Assembly (NCBI GenBank): GCA_002688015.1
Contig: NZBT01000006.1
Span: 915 to 64,914 of the forward strand
From: Candidatus Pacearchaeota archaeon
Lineage (GTDB): Archaea > Nanobdellota > Nanobdellia > Pacearchaeales > GW2011-AR1
Reading direction: 5' to 3'
DNA length: 64,000 bases
This document shows, in pieces, positions 9,755 through 17,932 of the stretch. Under the pieces are notes generated by a model. The model searched no databases. It was not told where the DNA came from and worked only from the letters and a program-made list of their open reading frames with translations. Each line of letters begins with the position of its first letter. Position 1 is the first letter of the stretch. A program made the translations under genes and the position numbers.

Positions 9755-10200
9755 AAAATAAGAAGGGAGTAAGTAATGTAGTATCTGTTGTTTTGATAAT
9801 CTTAGTTGCGCTTGTTGCAGTTTCTATTTTAAGTGTTTTCATTTATAATTTTGCTAAATCGCCTGGATTGTCGCCCCAATTAACTTGTTTTGAACTTGAT
9901 TCTGCTAGACCAATTAAGATTACTGATGTCTGTCATAATCAAGATAGTGAAGAGTTAGAAGTTTCTTTAGTAAGGATTGGAGATAATTTGGAATTTGAAA
10001 ATATCTATTTTCTTTCTACAAATGAAGGGGAGACAGAGAGATGGTGTTGCGGAGGAGATTGTGATGAATGTCAGATTTTGAATAAAGGGAGTAAGAAATA
10101 TTATCTTGATGCTTCTGGATTGGGTAGAGAAAAGTTGGATAAGATAGTTTTGACAGGGTTTGATTGTTCTCTTGACGAGAGGAAGATTGAAAATTGTTGA
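9751..10200 (+). CDS. Archaeal type IV pilin-like protein (class III signal peptide)
   Basis: MKNKKG|VSNVVSVVLIILVALVAVSIL; ATGA overlap with the protease gene. Confidence 0.85.
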   Translation: MKNKKGVSNVVSVVLIILVALVAVSILSVFIYNFAKSPGLSPQLTCFELDSARPIKITDVCHNQDSEELEVSLVRIGDNLEFENIYFLSTNEGETERWCCGGDCDECQILNKGSKKYYLDASGLGREKLDKIVLTGFDCSLDERKIENC

Positions 10201-10261
10201 TTACTTCAAGAGAAATTGAAGTCAAAAAGAGGTTTAAATAGTACTTTTCTCTTTATCTGTT

Positions 10262-10900
10262 ATGAGTAAAAATACAATAAATGTGGATCTTGATGATCCG
10301 AGAATAGGAAAGATAGCTGATGTCATTTCAAATAAGACAGGTAAGAAAATACTTGGGGAGTTGGCAGAAGCTGGAAGTGAAGGACTTAGTGAGTCTGAGA
10401 TTTTGGAGAGGTTGAAAATTCCTGCTAATACAATTAATTATAATATTAAGAAATTAGAATCTGCTGGGCTTGTTGAGAAAGTTTCTGGGTTTTTGTGGAG
10501 TGTAAAGGGAAAGAGGATTCATAAGTATAGAGTGAGTAATAGGAAGATTGTTATTTCTCCTAAAACGGGAATGAAAGGGATCCTTCCGGCTGTGCTTGTT
10601 TCTGGGGTTTTGGCTTTAGGAATAAAGATTTTTGGTTTTGGAACAGAGAGTGTTGCTAGTCAAAATTTTATGGAGAAATCTGTGGATGTTGTTGCTGTTG
10701 AGTCTGCTCGTGTAGCTGAATCTGGAGGAAGTGTTGCAAGCGATTTAGGAATAGAAGCTGCAAAAAGTTTTGCTGAAGGTCCTGTAGAAGTTATGCAGGT
10801 TGCTTCTAGTAGTGGAGATATTGCTCTGTGGTTCTTTTTGGGAGCTTTAGTTGGATTATTAGTATTTTTGATATGGAGTTGGAGACAAAATGTTAAATAA
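10262..10900 (+). CDS. ArsR-type winged-helix regulator with two TM helices
   Basis: wHTH (LSESEILERLKIPANTINYNIKKLESAGLVE), then TM, linker, TM. TATA tttaaata at 10233-10240. Confidence 0.85.
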   Translation: MSKNTINVDLDDPRIGKIADVISNKTGKKILGELAEAGSEGLSESEILERLKIPANTINYNIKKLESAGLVEKVSGFLWSVKGKRIHKYRVSNRKIVISPKTGMKGILPAVLVSGVLALGIKIFGFGTESVASQNFMEKSVDVVAVESARVAESGGSVASDLGIEAAKSFAEGPVEVMQVASSSGDIALWFFLGALVGLLVFLIWSWRQNVK

Positions 10901-10926
10901 GAGGAGGAGTGAAAGGAGGATTAAAA

Positions 10927-11655
10927 ATGGATAATAAGATTATAGCAGGGATTTTGATAATAGGAATAATTGCAGTTGTAGCTTATCTTGGAACTGGGAC
11001 AGGCGGATCAATAGTTTCTGCTTCAGGAATTTCAAATTTAGATGTTGAGCCTGATTTAGCAGTAATTCATTTAGATTTAATTGGAAATGGAAATACGTCA
11101 AGTGCAGCCAAAGATGAGTTAGATATAATTTATGATGGTGTTGAGATTGCTCTTTTGAGAGCTGGTCTAGATAGAGATCAGATAAAGACTGAAGGTTTTA
11201 ACATATATCAAGATTATAGATATGAAAATCGTGTTAGGAAAGAGAATGGTTTTATTGCAAGACAGTCAATTGTTATAGAAACAGGAGATTTTGATTTAAC
11301 GACAAAGATTGTTGACGCCTCAATAGACAATGGAGCTTTAGTCCGTTGGATTAATTTCGAACTTTCTGAGGAAAAACAGAATGAATATAAAATAAGGGCT
11401 TTAGAAGAAGCTAGAAAAGATGCAAAGAAGAAAGCAGAAGCAACAGCTTCTGGACTTGGGAAGAGTTTAGGAAAGTTAGTTTCTGTAGAAAGTCAGGAAT
11501 TTAATTACGAGCCCTATAGATATTTTGATACTGCGATATTAGAAGAAGCTGGAGCAGGACAAGTTGCGGCTAAAGAAGCTGCAATTAATATAGATCCTAA
11601 GGATGTTGAAGTTACTGCAAGAATTGCTGTCAAGTATAAGTTAAGAAGCTTTTAG
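10927..11655 (+). CDS. SIMPL (DUF541) domain protein
   Basis: N-terminal TM; VEPDLAVI, INFELS, ALEEARKDAKKKAEATASGLG..LGKLVSV. SD aggagg precedes ATG 10927. Confidence 0.92.
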   Translation: MDNKIIAGILIIGIIAVVAYLGTGTGGSIVSASGISNLDVEPDLAVIHLDLIGNGNTSSAAKDELDIIYDGVEIALLRAGLDRDQIKTEGFNIYQDYRYENRVRKENGFIARQSIVIETGDFDLTTKIVDASIDNGALVRWINFELSEEKQNEYKIRALEEARKDAKKKAEATASGLGKSLGKLVSVESQEFNYEPYRYFDTAILEEAGAGQVAAKEAAINIDPKDVEVTARIAVKYKLRSF

Positions 11656-11709
11656 TTGGGTATTTGGTTCAGCAGAGAGTTTTAAATACCCTTCCTTTTA
11701 TTTTAAATA

Positions 11710-12786
11710 ATGTTAACAAAAAAGCAGATTGAGGAGGTAAGAGAGCATTTGGAAAGGGCTCAGAATCCTGTTTTTTATTATGATAATGATTCTGACGGTC
11801 TTTGTAGTTTTGTTTTGTTTAGGAGAAAGTTCGATAAGGGAAAGGGAGTTGCTGTTAGAAGTTTTCCAGATTTAGATGTAAGATATGCGAAAAAAGCACA
11901 GGAATTAAATGCAGATTATGTTTTTATTTTGGATAAGCCAGATGTTTCAGAAGAATTTTTAGAGGAAATTAAAAATTTAGGATTACCTGTTGTTTGGATC
12001 GATCATCATGATATTCCTGGATTGAATGTGGAAAAAATGGAAAAGAAGTTTGATAATTTATATGTTTATAATTGGGCAAGAAATAAAGGGAAGGATAAAA
12101 GTGAAGAGCCAGTTACTTATTGGGCTTATAAGATTACTGAGAGAAAGGAAGATTTGTGGCTTGCGGTTTGTGGGTGTATAGCAGATAGTTATTTGCCTGA
12201 TTTTTCTTTGGAGTTTAAAGAGAAGTGGCCTGATTATTGGAGTCCAGCTGTAAAGACTGCTTTTGATGCTTATTTTGGAACGGAGATAGGGAAGATAGCG
12301 GAAGGTTTGAATTTTGGATTGAAAGATAGTACAAGTAATATTGTGAAGTTACAGAATTTTTTAGTTTCTGCTAAGGGGCCTGAAGAAATTTTTGAAGAGT
12401 CAAGTAAAAATTATGAGTTTAGAAAAAAATATAAAGAAATTAAGAAGAAATATGATGTTTTAATTGAGAAAGCTAAAGAGAAAGCGGAGGAGAAAATAAT
12501 TTTCTTTGAGTATTCTGGAGAGTTGAGTATAAGTTCTGAGGTTAGTAATAGAATTTTTTATTTTTATCCTGATAAGTATACTGTTATCGCGTTTAAGAAA
12601 GGAGGAATCAGTAATCTTTCTTTGAGAGGAGAAGATGTTAGAGGAATTTTAGAGAAAGTTTTGAATTCAGGGGAATTTGAAGGAGCTACAGGAGGGGGGC
12701 ATGAGAAAGCTGTTGGAGCGAGAATTAAAACGGAAGATTTAAAGAAGTTTAAGGAAATGATTGAGAAGGAGATAGAGAGAAAATAG
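11710..12786 (+). CDS. DHH/DHHA1 phosphoesterase (RecJ/NrnA-like)
   Basis: DNDSDG, ILD, WIDHH, GGGHEKAVG. Confidence 0.9.
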   Translation: MLTKKQIEEVREHLERAQNPVFYYDNDSDGLCSFVLFRRKFDKGKGVAVRSFPDLDVRYAKKAQELNADYVFILDKPDVSEEFLEEIKNLGLPVVWIDHHDIPGLNVEKMEKKFDNLYVYNWARNKGKDKSEEPVTYWAYKITERKEDLWLAVCGCIADSYLPDFSLEFKEKWPDYWSPAVKTAFDAYFGTEIGKIAEGLNFGLKDSTSNIVKLQNFLVSAKGPEEIFEESSKNYEFRKKYKEIKKKYDVLIEKAKEKAEEKIIFFEYSGELSISSEVSNRIFYFYPDKYTVIAFKKGGISNLSLRGEDVRGILEKVLNSGEFEGATGGGHEKAVGARIKTEDLKKFKEMIEKEIERK

Positions 12787-12836
12787 AAAATGAAGCAGAC
12801 AGGAAATCCGCTAATTTTCCATTTTCGGAAATGGAA
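12787..12836. repeat. 50-bp dispersed intergenic element, copy 2
   Basis: 42/50 identity to 1179..1228; perfect 8-bp stem ttccattt/aaatggaa. Confidence 0.9.
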
Positions 12837-12852
12837 GGAAAATAGAAAATGA
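12790..12852 (+). CDS. Putative 20-aa bridging ORF MKQTGNPLIFHFRKWKENRK; stop overlaps next ATG (ATGA)
   Basis: Starts 3 nt after the DHH stop; homologous to 1176..1238. Confidence 0.45.
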   Translation: MKQTGNPLIFHFRKWKENRK

Positions 12853-13877
12853 AAGAAATTAAGATTGAAGTTTATGGAAGAGTGCAGGGAGTCAGATTTA
12901 GAAATGTAATAAAAGGAATTGCTGACTCATTAGATGTTAAAGGATATGTTAGGAATAGAGAGATTGGAGGTGTTGTGATAGTTGCTCAAGGGAGCGAGGG
13001 AAAGTTAAAGAGTTTTTTAGAAGAAATTAATAGAAGTCCTGGGCTTTCTAAAGTTGAGCAAGTTGAGTGGAAATGGCATGAGCAAAGTATAGAATATAAA
13101 GAGTTTAGTATAGAGAAAGATAAAGGTTTTATCGAAGATCAGATTAAGAGCTTTAAGAATTTGGGGAAGACTTTGATTGGGAGGAATTTTGGAATAGTGC
13201 CAGAGCATGTCGTTATTATTCCAGATGGAAATAGGAGATGGGCTAAGGAAAAAGGATTAAGTGGGAGTGAAGGACATATTAAGGCTGCTGCTTTTGAGAA
13301 TTTGATAAGTTTGTTTGATGAGAGCATGAATATGGGAATAAAATATGCTTCTTTGTGGGCTTTTTCTACTGAGAATTGGAAAAGAAATGAAAGAGAAAAG
13401 AAAGTTCTTTTTTCTTTGTTGAGAGGTTTAGTCGATCAGTTAGGAGAATATTTGGAGAAGAATGAAGTTAGGTTTAGACATATTGGAAGGAAAGATAGGC
13501 TTCCTAAAAATTTGATTGAAGATTTACAAAATTTAGAGAAAAAAACTGAAAAGCACAATAACTTCAATGTTTCTTTGCTTTTGGACTATGGGGGGAGAGA
13601 TGAGATTGTTAGAGTGGTTAATAAATTATTAAAACAAGGAAAGAATGAAATAACTGAAGAAGAGATTTGTAAACATTTAGATACATTTGATATTCCTGAT
13701 CCTGATTTGATTATTAGAACTTCAGGGGAGCAGAGAACATCAGGATTACTACCTTGGCAGTCTACATATTCTGAACTTTATTTTGCTGATGTTTATTTTC
13801 CTGATTTTGATGTTAAGGAATTTAAGAAATCAATTGAGGAATTTTCAAAAAGAAAGAGAACTTTTGGCGGGAATTGA
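12849..13877 (+). CDS. uppS: Acylphosphatase fused to cis-prenyltransferase (UppS family)
   Basis: N-terminal GRVQGVRFR..GYVRN; C-terminal IPDGNRRW, AFSTENW, YGGRDEI, IIRTSGEQRTSG. Confidence 0.93.
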   Translation: MKEIKIEVYGRVQGVRFRNVIKGIADSLDVKGYVRNREIGGVVIVAQGSEGKLKSFLEEINRSPGLSKVEQVEWKWHEQSIEYKEFSIEKDKGFIEDQIKSFKNLGKTLIGRNFGIVPEHVVIIPDGNRRWAKEKGLSGSEGHIKAAAFENLISLFDESMNMGIKYASLWAFSTENWKRNEREKKVLFSLLRGLVDQLGEYLEKNEVRFRHIGRKDRLPKNLIEDLQNLEKKTEKHNNFNVSLLLDYGGRDEIVRVVNKLLKQGKNEITEEEICKHLDTFDIPDPDLIIRTSGEQRTSGLLPWQSTYSELYFADVYFPDFDVKEFKKSIEEFSKRKRTFGGN

Positions 13878-13916
13878 GATAATAATGTTTATAAATGTCT
13901 TATGGTTCTAATTAAT

Positions 13917-15170
13917 ATGAAAATCGAGGTGAATGTTACTAAGAGATATTTCTTTAGTATTCTTGCTGTTGTTTTGATTGTTGGGGCTGTTATAGGAGTT
14001 GTAGCCTTTAATTCTCCTTATGATGATCCAGAGACTTTGGGGCATAGCCAAGATGAGTTGGAGATAGAATATGAAATTGGAAATGTGATTTATAGTTTAG
14101 AAGAGATTATTTATGAGATAGCTAACGTGCTTAATTTATTTGGTGTGGCTCCTGCTCCAAATAGTCGTATAGAATTTGTGGAAGATTTTGTTAATGCTCA
14201 TACGAAGAGCGATATTGGGCATCCTGGAGTAGAAGTCTTTTCTCCAGGCAGTGGTTATGACTTTTATTTGCTTGGAACAGTTCATCCAAATGAGATGTTT
14301 GATGTTTCTGTTGTTTTGAATGCGAACAGTCGTGATTTTCATGAGTTTACTAGTTTTTCTTTTGGATTATTTGATCCGACTAAAATAACCGGTTCAAATA
14401 TTGATTTAACTAGTAGTTATCCTAAGATGAAGAAGATTGCTTTTGATTTGAAGGAGAATGGAAGAACGAGTGTTGACGCAGGCGATACTTGGCTTGCTAC
14501 TACTAGATCATCCACTACAACTGAATTACATACAAAGGAAGTTACAGATAAAGTTCTGAATTTAGAGGATGAATGGGTTGAGTTCAGAATTAAAAGAAAT
14601 GGGGAAACTAATGAGATAGATTATTATATTAATGGATTAGTAGTTGCAAGTATTGATACCAATCTTCCTGTTGTTCCAGGAGATCCTACTGAAGATAATA
14701 CAGGTCTGAGGGTAGGGATAGTTTCGTCTCATGACATCGATATTGACTTATTTAGAATTAGTGTTGATAAATTGGCTACCAGGACGGATGATTTAGTATG
14801 CGAGACAAAGATTTATGATTCTGGGCCTGATGTTTCTGAAAAGCCAGGGTATGGAGTTCTGGATGTGCCTGCTAATTGTTTTGGAGCAACAGGATGTAGA
14901 ATTGTTCAAGAGTATTACAATACTAATGGACTGATAGATACATATTATTATAGATATGGGCAGGAAGGCAATATTTGGACGAGCACACATCAAGAATCTA
15001 GAGCATATACAAATGGAGATTCTAGTAGCAAGGATATAATTGCTTCTAAACAGAGTAGCACAATTTTATTAAGAGATGACCATAGTAATGATAACGCAGA
15101 AGAAGAGGATGATCAATGGTCAGTTAGAGATGATTCTAGAGCAAGAAGTCAGAAGATATTTGTTTGTTAA
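13917..15170 (+). CDS. Exported protein with N-terminal TM, P..LGHS..E motif and ConA/lectin-like beta domain
   Basis: TATA 13888-13895 places the start at 13917. WVEFRIKR...IDYYING..VA is ConA-like. Confidence 0.7.
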   Translation: MKIEVNVTKRYFFSILAVVLIVGAVIGVVAFNSPYDDPETLGHSQDELEIEYEIGNVIYSLEEIIYEIANVLNLFGVAPAPNSRIEFVEDFVNAHTKSDIGHPGVEVFSPGSGYDFYLLGTVHPNEMFDVSVVLNANSRDFHEFTSFSFGLFDPTKITGSNIDLTSSYPKMKKIAFDLKENGRTSVDAGDTWLATTRSSTTTELHTKEVTDKVLNLEDEWVEFRIKRNGETNEIDYYINGLVVASIDTNLPVVPGDPTEDNTGLRVGIVSSHDIDIDLFRISVDKLATRTDDLVCETKIYDSGPDVSEKPGYGVLDVPANCFGATGCRIVQEYYNTNGLIDTYYYRYGQEGNIWTSTHQESRAYTNGDSSSKDIIASKQSSTILLRDDHSNDNAEEEDDQWSVRDDSRARSQKIFVC

Positions 15171-15217
15171 TTTTCTTATTTGAGAAGTTTTTTATAGTAT
15201 CTTGGATTTAAGAGGGT

Positions 15218-16603
15218 ATGAAATTTGTTAATGTGGTTAAGGGAATGATTGGATTAGAGATACATGCTTATCCTATTACTAAGGAGAAATTGTTTTGTCG
15301 TTGTGCTGCTCGTAGAGGGAAAGGTTTGAAGGCAAATAGTTATATTTGCCCAATTTGTACTGGGCAGCCTGGGGCGAAACCAGAGTTAGCGAATAAGGCT
15401 GCTGTTGAGAAAGCTGTATTGATAGGGCTGATGTTAGGTTGTTCTATAGAAAAGGATTGGAAATGGCAGAGAAAGCATTATGATTGGCCAGATATGCCTA
15501 AGGGATTTCAGAACACAATTAGCGGAGGTTTATCAAAATCTGTTGGGAAAAATGGAAAGTTTCATGGAATAAAAATAAGAAGTATGCATTTAGAAGAAGA
15601 TCCTGCTGCTTGGAATCCGGAAACAGGGGAAATAGATTATAACCGTTCAGGTTTACCTTTGGTTGAAATAATTACAGATCCCGACTTTAAGGATGCAGAA
15701 AGTGTCATGGGCTGGCTTAAAAAGTTGATTGCTAATCTTGGATATTTGAAATCTATTGATAAAGATGCAGGAATTAAAGTTGATGTTAATGTTTCTATTC
15801 CTGGAAAAAGCGAAAGGACGGAGATAAAGAACATAAACAGTATTGAAAATATTGGGAAAGCAATTGAATATGAATTGAAAAGACAAGGGAAGGAAGGAGG
15901 AAAGGAAAAGGAAACAAGAAGATTTGATGCGGGGAAGGGGAAGACAGAGGTTATGAGGCAGAAAGAAGGACAGGATGATTATAGGTTTATTACAGATCCT
16001 GATTTGCAAGATGTGAAAATTACAGAGAAGTTTATTTCTGAAATAGAAAAGAAATTGCCTGAGACACCAGAAGAAAAGTTGAAAAAACTTGTTAAGAAGT
16101 ATAAAATTGGTAAGGGAGATGCTGATGTTCTTGCTAAGAATATTGATGTTGTTGAATTTTTTGAGGCAGTCATGGGGGAGACAAGAGTCAAGAAAGAGAA
16201 AGTACTTTCATGGGTGACAGGGGAACTGTTGAGGCATTTGAATTATAACAAAACGAGTCTTGATGGTTTAGATATAAAAGTTGAACATTTTGTTAGTTTG
16301 CTTGAACTTGTTGATTCCGGAAAGATTACAGAGCAACAGGGGAAAAAGATTTTGGATAAATTTATTCCAAAGAGTTTTGATCCAAAGAAAGAGATAAAAG
16401 GAAAGGGAAAGATAAGTGGAGAGGGAGAATTAGGAAAAGTTGTTGAAAAAGTTATAGGCAAGAATGGAAAGGCAGTTGAAGATTACGGGGCTGGAGAAGA
16501 AAAAGCATTACATTTCTTAATTGGGCAAGTAATGAGAGAGACTGCGGGAAGAGCAGATACAGAGATTGTTAGGAAATTGTTGAAAAAGAAGTTGAAGGAT
16601 TAA
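15218..16603 (+). CDS. gatB: Asp-tRNA(Asn)/Glu-tRNA(Gln) amidotransferase subunit B
   Basis: IGLEIH, KLFC, CPICTGQPG, HLEED, DYNRSGLPLVEI, TEIKNINS, C-terminal Yqey-like tail. Confidence 0.96.
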   Translation: MKFVNVVKGMIGLEIHAYPITKEKLFCRCAARRGKGLKANSYICPICTGQPGAKPELANKAAVEKAVLIGLMLGCSIEKDWKWQRKHYDWPDMPKGFQNTISGGLSKSVGKNGKFHGIKIRSMHLEEDPAAWNPETGEIDYNRSGLPLVEIITDPDFKDAESVMGWLKKLIANLGYLKSIDKDAGIKVDVNVSIPGKSERTEIKNINSIENIGKAIEYELKRQGKEGGKEKETRRFDAGKGKTEVMRQKEGQDDYRFITDPDLQDVKITEKFISEIEKKLPETPEEKLKKLVKKYKIGKGDADVLAKNIDVVEFFEAVMGETRVKKEKVLSWVTGELLRHLNYNKTSLDGLDIKVEHFVSLLELVDSGKITEQQGKKILDKFIPKSFDPKKEIKGKGKISGEGELGKVVEKVIGKNGKAVEDYGAGEEKALHFLIGQVMRETAGRADTEIVRKLLKKKLKD

Positions 16604-17721
16604 ATTACGTTTGCTATTTCAAATATTGCACCTATTGTGAAAATCGCTATTAGAATCCATGTCAGGAGTTTTGAATAGGGCATGGAGTATTCTGGAACAC
16701 GTTTTCCTTTTTGTTTTGCTGATTTTATCATTAATAGGATTAGAATTGCTGTTAATCCTCCTGAAAGAGCCCCGCCGATACCAAGAGCTTTGCTGAATGA
16801 GGATAGGGAAAATAGTTCTAAGAAAACAAAAAAGGCAAGAGGTGGAAGAGAGGTTAGGAGCCATGCTTTGTTTTTAGAGAAATTATAATCAAATTTTAAA
16901 GTATCTATCATGGCGATGGAAAGGCCGAGATAGGAAGTAAGCATTGTGAACATTCCCAATAGGATAAAGATTTTTCCGAGAGAGAGGGTTGCGATTTCTG
17001 TTGTTCCAAGGCCTTGAGAGCCGAGAACAACAAAGGTAAAGACAGTGTAGATTAGAAAGATTAAGATGTATGCAGTTATTAGGGATTTGAAAACAGATTT
17101 CTTGTTGTTTTTTAAAATTCTTTCAACTTCTGGCGTCGCTGCAAATCCGAGGTAAGCAAATAAGATTACTCCGAATGGAACAAAGAAGTTTTGAGGATTT
17201 ATGTATGAAATGTTTTGTGGGGAAATATTTTTCCAAGTGAGGACAGCGATTGCAACTATTAGAATTATTATTGCGGAGACACCGAGTTTTTCTCCTTGTT
17301 CGAGAGATTTTAAACCACGATAAGTTACTAAAGAGAGAATAAGCCAGAAGGCAAATCCTAATGAGAGAGAATACTTTGCAGAATCAAAGAAAATGAACGA
17401 AAGGGACTGAGATTCTCCTATTAAATAAGCTATTAGAGCTGCATATATTCCGAATGCGAAGGCTAGAATCATTAAATTTTTCCCTTTTTTCCCTAGATAG
17501 AGTTCTGCATATCCAGGAAGTTGATGATTTTTCTTTGTTCTTAATCCGATTTCTCCTAGATAGAGGACGGTTAGTAAGACAAGGGCTCCTATCACAATTA
17601 AGTGGACTAAAGCAATAGGAAAACCGGAAAGGGAGGCAACATAAGGGATTCCTAGGATTCCTGCACCTATGGCCGTTCCCATAAGAGTTGCTATTGCTGT
17701 GAATGTTTTTACTTTAGACAT
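16600..17721 (-). CDS. Aromatic amino acid permease (HAAAP, Trp/Tyr family)
   Basis: GTAIGAGILGIP, about 11 TMs, PFGVILFAY, TSYLG. Confidence 0.9.
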   Translation of the reverse strand: MSKVKTFTAIATLMGTAIGAGILGIPYVASLSGFPIALVHLIVIGALVLLTVLYLGEIGLRTKKNHQLPGYAELYLGKKGKNLMILAFAFGIYAALIAYLIGESQSLSFIFFDSAKYSLSLGFAFWLILSLVTYRGLKSLEQGEKLGVSAIIILIVAIAVLTWKNISPQNISYINPQNFFVPFGVILFAYLGFAATPEVERILKNNKKSVFKSLITAYILIFLIYTVFTFVVLGSQGLGTTEIATLSLGKIFILLGMFTMLTSYLGLSIAMIDTLKFDYNFSKNKAWLLTSLPPLAFFVFLELFSLSSFSKALGIGGALSGGLTAILILLMIKSAKQKGKRVPEYSMPYSKLLTWILIAIFTIGAIFEIANVI

Positions 17722-17823
17722 AGGGCCTCTTTTCTATTTTTTTTAGGATAGGAAGGTTTTTAATACTTTTTTTGACTGTTACTTTCGACTTACTCTTGCT
17801 GAAGACAGGAGAGGTAAGCGAAT

Positions 17824-17895
17824 GGGCCTATAGTTCAATGGATAGAATGACAGGTTTCGGCCCTGTTGATCGAGGTTCAAGTCCTCGTAGGCCCA
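17824..17895 (+). tRNA. tRNA-Arg(UCG)
   Basis: Acceptor GGGCCTA/TAGGCCC; anticodon arm ACAGG-TT TCG GC-CCTGT; A20 in D loop; T loop TTCAAGT; no encoded CCA. Confidence 0.95.
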
Positions 17896-17932
17896 TTACA
17901 AAACTTAATAAATAAGAATAGCAGGAATGATT

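Noticed and set aside
1179..12836. 50-bp repeat pair as a DGR template/variable repeat
   Set aside because: Mismatches are not confined to adenines of one copy, both copies are intergenic, and there is no reverse transcriptase in the window.
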